A DNA stretch of 64,000 bases from Epiperipatus broadwayi (taxonomy: Eukaryota > Animalia > Onychophora). The stretch covers positions 10,416,001 to 10,480,000 of the forward strand of contig JAQFVV010000009.1 of assembly GCA_028023455.1 (NCBI GenBank). The letters are read 5' to 3'. Within the stretch, counting starts at the first letter, position 1, and each line of letters starts with the position of its first letter. The notes under the pieces were generated by a model that saw nothing but the letters and a program-made list of their open reading frames with translations, made no database searches and was not told the DNA's origin. Below, one piece after another: positions 13,393 to 23,958 of this stretch. The translations under genes were made by a program, and so were the position numbers.

Positions 13393-14862
13393 GGAAGCAT
13401 TAAATAGATGCTCTGGATGAGACCAGTAGAGTGAATTACTATTGCTAATGCAGATACTGAATGCAACAACTCTTTGCTTTTCTTAAAAATCTATCATTTT
13501 AAAATTTTGAGATTTTGTGACTCATGAATTCTTTGACTATTATCAACTAAGATATTTTATTATTTCGCCATTAATTGTTGCAGGTTAGCACAGATTCATA
13601 ACATTTTTGTGATTAGGATTATATTGATAATACATGTACATATATATAAATATGCACAATATATATATATATGCAAAGGAGACAAAATATAAAAACACCT
13701 GCAATACTTTTATTAATATGATATAGGATCACCATTTTTATCAAGAACTGTTTATATTCTATATGGTAATATACATGAATTTTGAAAATCGAACACTAAA
13801 ATATTAAACTTAAAACCCAAAAAGCAAGTTAGACTATCTGGCTTTTCGGATTGGCATTTTCATCATTACTAAGTTAAAGTATATCATTTGTTTTTAAGAC
13901 AAAAATAGGGTTATTCACTCTAAGACAGTTAAAATATCTTCTAAATTTAATATATTTTAGATATATAATGTACATAGTTAATATGAAAGAGATTGCATAG
14001 TAATAAGTAATATCTTTATATTGATAAAATTTAATTAGTAATGATCCAGAAAAATAAATAATTGAATGATTTATTCCTTGGGAAACATAAGTTTAAGTAG
14101 CAGAAGTGTCAAACCATAAACTTTGAATTTCAGTATTTGCCACTCTGAATCTATAACATCATGCAGGGCAAATAAGTGAATTACTATTGATATTCATTTT
14201 GTATATATAAATGATTTATTATGGTAATTTCGACTAAATAAGCGGTATGTCATACAATAATGTTACACAACAGTAAATAAAATTATTATTAGAAGTATGT
14301 TCTTAAATCTGGCCATATCATAACACACTCTTTTTTATTAATGTCTTTAAAAATAAATCTGAGTAATTAAACTATTTTTCTCTCTAAAAAAAAAAAAGAG
14401 AGAGAGATTGTCTTATAATATGATTTAAATTTCCACCTGCCTACTTTTGTTTTAAGTATATATTTTTTAATCTTTATTATTCATGTGTTTAAAATACTCA
14501 CATACATATATTCTATAAGCAGATATATATGTGAAGGAACTTGGAATTTTTTAGATTAAACATTTATAAATTTTCATTTATGAAGTTAAAAATTATAACT
14601 TATGTGAGCAAACAAAAAATTATTTATAAGAAACAAATATTTTAAAATACCGTAATATCTCAAAGTTAGATTTGAAAAAAGAGTATTTGGAATTAGGAAA
14701 CTGAATAAAGAACAGTGTGAGACCTTATATTCTAACACAAGCTTATATAAACAGTCATCTAATTACTTGATTAATTAACTACTATTGGAATATATATGTA
14801 AACCAATTGTTTGGATACTTTAGTCTAAACATCACATGAGCACCATTTTTTATGCTTACTCA

Positions 14863-15210
14863 TAGGCAAAACTCTTCATACAGTAGTGCCACTCAGTGCA
14901 AGCCAGAGTAATCAATATATTCCAAAAGGTTTGTGTATAAAATCCTTACCTAGTGCCTATTCATTCAATATCCCCAGACTAGTTTCTAGCTTATGGCTTT
15001 CATCAGTGAGAAGAACCTTGGATCTGAGAGCATTGCACCAAGATCTTAGGATCCAATGCAAACCTCCACCAGCCACCTTTTATCTCTACTTAACTACAAA
15101 ATAATGAAAATAAACTTGGAGAACACAATAATATTTTCAATCCAAGCTTAGCATCCATTCATTACTCTGGCTTTCACTGAGTGGTACTACTGTATGGAGA
15201 GTTTTGCCTG
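14863..15210. mobile_element. 348-bp non-autonomous element bounded by ~53-bp terminal inverted repeats (MITE/fold-back-like)
   Basis: 14864-14916 (AGGCAAAACTCTTCATACAGTAGTGCCACTCAGTGCAAGCCAGAGTAATCAAT) matches the reverse complement of ~15157-15209 with about 4 mismatches. No clear TSD. Confidence 0.75.
14971..15012 (-). ncRNA. Minimal type I hammerhead ribozyme, near-intact
   Basis: Minus strand TTCTCA-CTGATGA-AAGCCATAAGCTA-GAAAC-TA-GTC-TGGGGA. Stem I pairs, the catalytic core is intact, stem III carries a palindromic ACTAGT and the cleavage triplet is GUC. The stem II closing pair is imperfect. Confidence 0.75.
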
Positions 15211-17666
15211 TTTTATTACTTTAGTCTATTTTAAACACACACACACACATACATACATATATATATATATACACACATATTTTTTTTTGCATTTGCACCA
15301 TTGACAACAAAAAGAAATTTTATTTGCAGGAAAAGTGATATGATCTATTTTTTCCTATTAAAAAAATTATGGATTAAAAATAATAATAATGTACAGATTA
15401 CTGAATTCACAAATTTGAAACATGCTGGAACAAAACTACTTGAAATATTATATAAATTTATATGATACATTCAGATTCACATCTGAGAGTTTTGAATGAG
15501 AATTAAGTTATTCTTAAAAAATGGATGAGATTGTTATTAATCTAGCTGACAACTAATGGATAATAGAGAAACACTTTTCTTTTTATGCCCTATTAATAAT
15601 CATGATTAAATCATATTTGTTATTATAATTAAGTCTGTCATCACTATAACATGTAATGCTTTCATTTACTATAATTTAAATATTCAACATGTGTAGATAT
15701 ACTTTTAGAATTGCTGATGAAATTAATAAAAAATATTGGCTTCATTATATATCCAATAGTGATGTTTTTTCAATAGGCACTGATACATTCATACCTATTC
15801 TTAAAAATTTTAAGTTTTCATATTAGTTCCTAAATATTTGTTTAAATATTATTATTATTATATATATATTTAATACTTCTATTCTTTCACACACATTTCA
15901 AATGTGAATAAAGATTTGTAGATTAAATTACAGTAGTTTGTTTTACGTGCAATACATAATTATTTATACAGTACACTCTACCTTTTGATATATAAAAATT
16001 TCAAAAAAATGAAGCCTCATACTGCCATCCAAATGAATTAAGTTACTTAGAATTGCACAAGTCAGTTTTATATTATTTCTGACTTGAGACTGTATTAGCA
16101 TAGGGCAACTGAACTATATTTAGATCCTCACCAAACAAATCATTATGTACAGATTTCTTCTGAAGATTTAAAGTTTAAAACAGTTGTTGTATAATCATAT
16201 GTAAGAAGTATATGAAAAACTGCAGCATAGTCTAGACACATTTTAATACTAATTTATTAAAGTATACAAATCAGTCACTTTTCAAAATACGTCAGAATAG
16301 TGTCCAGTTTTCACTATCAAATCAAGACTTGATACATCACAAGTTTATCAGTAAGTAAGAATACTATATTTGAAAATTAAAAAATATACTTGTGAAATAA
16401 CAATCAGGTGGAATACTTCAAAAATATGCTTGGTTCTTCATTGCAAATGATAGAAATATATATATAAAGTCAAACAAATATTTGGAAATTATTGAAATAA
16501 ATTTTGTCAGTTACATACTTATGTTGCAAGTATTTAAGTAATGTTATAATATAGCAGGTAGTTAAGACTAATGATAGATATATTATCTATGTATATAGAA
16601 AAATAGAAAATACTCTTTATAATGGCTTGCTTTTTTAAATCTAACATTTCCCATTTTTGATAGGAAATAACAAAATATCTTTTTTAAAATCAAATTTCTA
16701 TCATGTTTTTGTCTTTAAAATTCCCAATAATAAAATTTTCATAAATTCTTATAATTTTCGGTTTGCCCACCCCCCATATATAAAGAGAGGGGGGGTAAAT
16801 TTAAATCTTAATTGCTTTAGATTTTCATCATTGATGTGCATCACTGTAACTTATTTTACAATACAAACTGTTAGAACAGTAATAACAAATATGAGTATCT
16901 ATCATTACTATCAAAATATTTTTTGGATCATTAGCTAGTTCGCTTTGGATAAGCAGTTAGTTTAATTTGTTACAGAGCAACTGACTCAAGACATTCCTGA
17001 AGCATCTCTCAACTAAATACAATAAAACAAACAAAAAAAAAAACTCAGATTGGTCATTTAAATTACTCTGCTCAACATTTGACTGATTGCTCAAATATTA
17101 TATAATCTTTCAAATAATTATCCATATGATTATAACAAGCATTGTTATAGAATCATTATATTTAAAAATAATAATTTTTTTTTTATTATTTACATAAATT
17201 ATGGGTAAATAAATAAAAAGTTTGGATTAAAAATCAATTCAAAGTCTTAAATAATATTAAGAAATCCTTAAAGAAATATATTGAAAATAAAATAAAGAAA
17301 TTTAAAGATTGGCATATACTTAGCAGATGGAAATAATAGAGAACAAGTAGGTAAGAAGCAACCAAAGAAAAAAAACATTATTTGAGAGAATTAAATGAAA
17401 TATATATTTATTAGATAATTTTTTTAAAAAGGAGAAATTTGCAATAAGAAATTGTAAAAAAAATTTCAGAGGTTTTCATCTCTTTAGTTTATTATGTGAG
17501 GAAGCATTAAAGATCTTTTTTCTTCATTGATTCTCGATATTTAAAAACTATTCATACACTTAATTTATAAATTTATATATATGTATACAATTAATATTCA
17601 AGTATTGTTACGGTGTTTTTATATTATATCTATATAATTCAAAGCACTCCATTAATATATATATAT

Positions 17667-20600
17667 TGTAACCCTCTAAAGTGTGGTCAACTACATAACG
17701 CAAGTGCACTGAGAATCGTAACCTCGATCACTGATCAATTCCCGCTACACATTGTCAGCTATCAAGAGCTGTATCTAAAAGCATATTATGCTATCTATTT
17801 TATGCACCAAAGACCACAACCAACATCTGGAGCAACTTACCACAGACCAAACCAATGATCTAACATAAACTTTTTTATGATTTAATTTGATCGCAGCCAG
17901 GGCGTACCGCGATGACCTATCATAGTAGTATGATAAAATACAGTAAACAAATTATAAGTGTAATGTTATTATGTTACAAACCTTAATTTGCGATTTTTAT
18001 TGTATGAGACCCGATGGCCGACCATGTACAAGATGGCATAATTTGTGGAACTACATAAGATTATGAAATTTTAAACCATCTATATGATTTTTAATACAAA
18101 TGCTAGTCCAGGTAAAGCTTTGCAATAAATAAACATAAATACTTGGGTTCTTTTTTTTATAATTTACTATATCACTGAGACTCTTTTTATACTGACAAAT
18201 GACAATTTAAAATGTTAAGTAAATATATTCAATCATATCATTATTTGATAAATATGTTTACAGGTTTACCAATCAATTTGTATTGTATACTAGAATCAAC
18301 TACGCAAAGCCAAAATGATGAAAAAGGTAAATGGGATTTTATTGTACCCCACTCATCATAAACTACCAAAGACTAAAAGCATCCAAATGTTTTCTCAAAT
18401 TATTACTAAACTCTTATATCATGTTGACGATAGTATGTACTTCAATGTATGCCCTATCCAAGGTTTATGATTTCTGATTTTAAGAATGACACATAGCCAC
18501 GGCACAGTAAGTTTAATTATAAATCAACGTTTATTTACAAATTTATGAATAATAAGTAATTAATTTCAATGTTATAATTAAAGACATAAATAAACAAATA
18601 AAATAAATAAATTATACTTCCATCGACTTTCTTCAATAACATATCATAGGTACGGTTTTAAAAACCTAATCATACCTTATTTCAATTTGATATAATGAAT
18701 CTTGAGCAAATTATACTAAATTCCACATCAACTCATGAAATATTTAACGTCATTTCCAGATTCAATAAATCCATACCGTAAACTTATAATAATATAATAA
18801 ATAATATTATATCTGTAATATTTAGCTATAATGCAATCATTAAATAAAATGAAAATTTAAACTTACACTCCGGTAAATAATAATCAACCAACAGTTAATT
18901 ATTATGAAGTAACTTGAATAGAATGTCCTGCTACAATTTGACGATCTAACTTATGAATTATCCTTACAAATGGAAGAAAATGATTTAGCAGATCAACTAA
19001 AATACTTTGCCCAACTTATATCTATGAAGTAAAACATATTCCTGTGGATGTGTTCATCTACACATAGGAATTAAATAATACTAAACGCTTTGTGGATTGA
19101 TACACCATCATAAAGTAATACGTATAATTACACAATTCCGCGGATTAACCACCAGCGCTGGAATGAGTGTAAAATACAAAAAATGGCAATTAAATAATCT
19201 GCGGATTAACCACCAGCACAGATTAATGCCTTTTAACATTCTAAAACAACATTACTATTTACTTCACATTAAAGTGCAAAATCATCCTCCTCAGTTATTC
19301 TGATCATTCAGAAAAACACTAACACTTTAGCAAATGTGGGTTCTTGCATAATAAAATGTTACACTAATCAGGACAAATAATGTACTAACTTATCTTGCTT
19401 TAAATAAAACATGTGTAATATAATATAAGTAATACTAGTATAGGAATATAAATCTGGAAAGACTCACAAAACACCTCATGAAAAATTGATACATCTCATA
19501 AATTCATTTAGTACCTTTCAAGCCCTTTCGCAAGTGCTATTCTCTTGAATAAGTATTTTATTCAACCCCTATTAATTTAAACTTAATAAAATATAACTTA
19601 TGAACTTCACATGCAAGTTCATATAACGATAAAATCAAAGTAATGAATCATTCATCAACTACATAAAATCTAACAGGTGTGTGTATGATATAAATTAAAT
19701 GTATAGCATTTTATTGTTCAATACATGAATTTTAGCAGGTGTGTGTGTCACAAATTAGATTGTATAGCATTTTATAACGACAAATATGATCCGTGAAATC
19801 CATGTACGATGTGTCGAACAATAAATGTACGAAGTAATAGCTATAATTATAGTTGAATTCCATACATGTAATTTTATCCATTTGTATTAGTTATCATCAG
19901 CAATATTAGATTAACGATTTTACGTGGCTCCATAAACAAGAAACAATTTCAAAAACATGACACGCAGAACTTAAATGAAAATGTTTTTCAAAAGTTATTA
20001 ATTTCTACATTTCTCTATTAAAATGTTCCAAGTTTATCACATCCATGCTAATATTTATTTATCACGCTTGAATCTAGGAATAATAATTACAGCAATTAAT
20101 TCAATCATTCCAAACTGACGATAAAATTAGAAAATAGCTTTGATTAATTATTTGAAGACTGTTTATTATCCAAATGGCAAACAAATTAACTAGCAAATAT
20201 ATTACTGGCATTATAAAGTTAAATATCAATCAATACTATATTTTTATTAGAATTTGAAATGGAAATATTAAACTATGTTGATAACTTTAACATTATATTT
20301 TAATTTAAACTTCTTCTTTTTAAAAAAACAAATTTTCATATTTATAAAACTTCTGTAATTAAAATACTTATTTAATTTTTCCAAATTGTAGAACAATAAA
20401 CATTTTAAAACATACCAAATTCTTGCAATTAATTCTTTTAAACTGGGAAGCTCCGACATTTCAAATGTAATATTGGGAAATTATTACCGGTGATTTGATC
20501 CACTTGGCGAGGCCGACTTGAACAGACTTTTAAATTTAGCAATTCATCTTATAATTAAATACCACGATATTATTTTTATGTTTATAGAAAATTAGTGGTA

Positions 20601-21098
20601 ATCCGTTTACTTATTAACTATTTTAAATAAGCTTATCAAAATTACACCATTTGCCTTCTTACTATTTTCTTTTCTTTCTCCCTCCAAAAGCAAACTAACA
20701 GACGATCTTCTCTTAAATTCGCGCTCTTTTCTTTTTTTTTACATTGAGACGCTTACGTAATTACTGTATTTATTTTTAATAATTTATTTTAATTGAACAA
20801 ATGGTTTTTTATTAATTCAATATAAATAATTTTTAAGATCATTTTAAACAAACAAAAACCAATTATCATTTTTAATAATATTTTACCAAATTTAATGTGT
20901 TGTCAAAATTTTTAAAAAGTTAAACATTATGATATGAATTAGCATATGGATTGAAGCAAATTTAAATTTATTAAATAATATAAGAGAGTAATCTGTTCAA
21001 AGTGCAAACCAAGCCAATCAAATCACCAAAGAAGACAGAGAAATTTTTTATACTAGTTACATCAATTATTATATTTTATGCTAAAATATATGGTTACA
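17667..21098 (-). repeat. 3' LTR (3432 bp)
   Basis: TG...CA termini with a 7-bp inverted repeat. Near-identical to 23959-27389. Confidence 0.95.
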
Positions 21099-21112
21099 GT
21101 TTACACCCCCCT
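21099..21112 (-). promoter_or_regulatory. Polypurine tract (AGGGGGG) plus 7-nt spacer before the 3' LTR
   Basis: Minus strand reads ATAGGGGGG-TGTAAAC-TGTAACC (LTR start). Confidence 0.7.
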
Positions 21113-21252
21113 ATGGAAAAAATTTATCTTTCTTCAGAATTTCATTTCATCAAACCCTACTAAGGTACATCATAAGTCACTATTTTTATTATCCTATCTA
21201 TAATTTATCATTAATCTGAATCTGGTATAACATTTACACGATATAAATCCCC

Positions 21253-21447
21253 CTAATTTATTGAAGGTACAGGTTTTAAACTACGTGCATTGTAGGTGCC
21301 TCGGATTCCTTCAGGGGTTGAGAGCATAAATACGTTCTCTCCCACCTGGCTTTCAATCATGAAAGGTCCATTATATAAGCTTAAAAATTTTCTAAATTCG
21401 TTTTTCTTTAAGTTGCTAACATGAGGAACTTTTCCTTGAGGCCCCTT
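21253..21447 (-). pseudogene. Gypsy integrase C-terminal remnant (GPY/F region), 64 codons
   Basis: KGPQGKVPHVSNLKKNEFRKFLSLYNGPFMIESQVGENVFMLSTPEGIRGTYNARSLKPVPSIN*. It contains the KF..LY.GPF.I and G.YN...LKP pattern typical of Gypsy integrase ends. Confidence 0.8.
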
Positions 21448-23376
21448 CTAGTTTAATGCACTACTTTTAACATTTGTCTTAATATCCTTTGTGTGAAGTG
21501 GTTTAATTCCACTAACAGAAGGTTGATCTCTATCTTGGGTTTTATTAATTAGACTAGGTTGACCATTAACTCTATGATAAAATTTTGGTCATTTATAACT
21601 ACGACTCCTACTCTGGTATCTGTTATCACGATAAGGACTTCTTATGGGAGCAACATTAACATTAACAATGGAACAGTTATGAGAAACTCTAGCATCCTTT
21701 CCACCTCTATATCTGTTTTCCAGGTCACATTCACTTGTTTCTAATGCATCTAAGATCTCTGACACCTCATCAATTGTATACTTATCCGCAGCAATCAAAA
21801 CTTGTTCAATCTGTCGAGGTAAGTTATGTCTTAAGATCCTGACTATATGATGCTCAGATAATGGAAAAGCAGTTAAAGTTTTAAGTATGACCGCTTGTCC
21901 ACGAAAAAATTCAGTATAGCTACCTTTATTAGCATTGTACTTTTCTCAAGTGATTTGATAACGCATGTTATCCTGACGATCTTCACCCCAGAAACTTGAC
22001 ATTATTAAATGTTTAAAATCTCCATATGTTTGAGGACAATCAAACAAAGACTGCCACCAATCTTTTGCAGCAGCATAAAGATGGTTGCTGGAGATAGCCA
22101 GTTTTTCTCTTTCTGAAAATGCACATAAAGTAAACAATTCCTCCAGATTTTGAAGAAATTCTAGAGGGTTTTCCAAATACTCCCCTTTAAATGGCTTAAT
22201 CTTTAGAAATTTAAGAGCTGTAGATCCACCCATCGACATATCTGTGTTCTTGACATCATTGGCCACAGATTCAATTTCTAATGGTTTTTGGAAAATGGGA
22301 GTTGTGCGGATACCAGTAAAATTACCATCCGATACAACTACTTCTTTAACAGAGGTCTCTGTCCCATCTACATAATACTGGGTGTTTTGACCAATGAAAT
22401 TATCATTTTTCTCTTGAGCCCTTTGAATTTCTAGCATTTTTAGCTGAAGATTTTCAATCTTTGCCTCTAGTTTTTGTCCTTCTTTAAACTCATTTGATTC
22501 ATTTGGCCACTCTTGACATTTATCCCTCATTTCCTTCCACTCTTTGTGCATCATTTCTAAATCTCCACTAAATTTAGCATTAGTCTTTTTTAATTCTTTA
22601 TTTTCTACTTTAGACCTATTGATAGTTTCCTCCCAAATCTTTTTAATGCTACCCAATTCTGCTCTGCTCTCTGTTACAGATTCACTCATGGATTTAAATA
22701 TGCCTTGTTCAAAAGTTGAATGACTCTCATTCATATTCTGAAGTTTACCTTCCATTTCAGTTTTAATTTTATCAATAGATTTAGCAGATTGAGACTCTAC
22801 TGCTTGAACTTTATAGTTCATTTCACTAACTATTTGTGCCAACTGACTCCTTGAGTCTCCCATTGCCACATCAAGCACCTTGAATTTAGTGTCCACATTC
22901 TCCTCGTGGGTTATAAACTTATTTCCAATTTCTTCTATCTGAACTTCCAAGTGCTTTTTATAATCGAAGAAATTAGCTTTAATTTCTTCTAATTTAATAT
23001 CGGACTCTCCTTTAGCTGCCTTACAGCTATTTTCTAGGGATTAAAATTTTTGATTAAATTCCTCCACTGTTTTTACCCTAGCAGCTTCTATTTTTTCTTT
23101 CACAAATTCCTGAACTTCAGCCATTTTATTCTCAAAACTATCTAATTTTTCAGACTGTTCATTTAATTTTTCAGTCATCTCCTTTTGAGAAAGAGACTGT
23201 TCATTTAATTTTTCAGTCATCTCTTTTTGAGACTCTAACATCTCTTTTTGGGAAAGAGATTGTTCATTCATTCCAATCTCTATGCGTTGAAGCATCAACA
23301 TAAACCGTTGTTGGAAATCAAGATCAGGAACTTCTTGGGTTGTTTCAGGATAACTAATTTCTTCAGAATCACTCAT
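21448..23376 (-). pseudogene. gag: Gypsy gag (642 codons: N-terminal coiled coil + capsid-like domain) interrupted by three in-frame stops
   Basis: Track ORFs 23041-23376, 21946-22950 and 21589-21798 share one frame and translate continuously through TAA (23041-43), TGA (21946-48) and TGA (21589-91) to ...SSALN*. The capsid-like block is IKPFKGEYLENPLEFLQNLEE...AKDWW...YGDFKHLIMSSFW. Confidence 0.9.
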
Positions 23377-23937
23377 TTTGGGTATTTTATAACAACTATT
23401 TCAATATTTTGTGAAACCAAATTTTTACTTTCCAAAATATGTGTTTTAATAACAATGATCAATTAAAATCTTGTTCAAGCCGACCAACCACTAAATCCTC
23501 ACCACCAACAATCTATCCCAGATGGTATATATCACATTCACTAAAATAATCTGAACCCCCACTTCGAATATTTGCAGTATTACAACAACTACTTTATAAA
23601 CCTTTGATAATTTCAACTTCTCCCAATTCAATCATAAATATTGGTATATCTTGGAATACGATTGCTATTGTCATCAGAAATCTATAATTAATTTGGAGAA
23701 ATATATAGCAATAAAACATACAATATTTTATCACCATGGTAGAGCATTTGTCACATGATAATATTCTTGTAATATGGGAAATTAAAATTGTAATCAACAA
23801 TCATTAATTAATTCAGTTCACACATTACCATATTGTACTCTGCAACAATCAATTAATCAAGTCGCATGTTTATAAAGTGCTAAAAACTGTAATTGCACAC
23901 CTATAATGACTGTATAACCTCAACATATCGGGCCGAA

Positions 23938-23952
23938 CATGTTGTGGCGCCA
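23938..23952 (-). promoter_or_regulatory. Primer-binding site, most similar to the tRNA-Lys(CUU) complement
   Basis: TGGCGCCACAACATG lies 6 nt inside the 5' LTR. The tRNA-Lys(CUU) complement is TGGCGCCCAACGTG, differing by one insertion and one mismatch. Confidence 0.7.
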
Positions 23953-23958
23953 AAAATT

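Noticed and set aside
13404-13440. CTGGATGAGACCAGTAGAGTGAATT as a plus-strand hammerhead
   Set aside because: The core has an insertion, GAAA is absent, and stems I and III cannot be formed.
16155-16200. CTGAAGATTTAAAGTTTAAAACAGTTGT as a hammerhead relic
   Set aside because: Too degenerate, and indistinguishable from AT-rich background.
17613-20459. Track ORFs duplicated at 17613/23893, 19097/25386 and 20268/26558 as possible conserved genes
   Set aside because: Their duplication simply reflects the two LTRs. No motif is recognisable and the composition is typical of AT-rich noise.
21589-21948. In-frame TGA codons in gag as selenocysteine recoding
   Set aside because: A third stop in the same frame is TAA, no SECIS-like hairpin was recognised, and CGA->TGA decay explains them.
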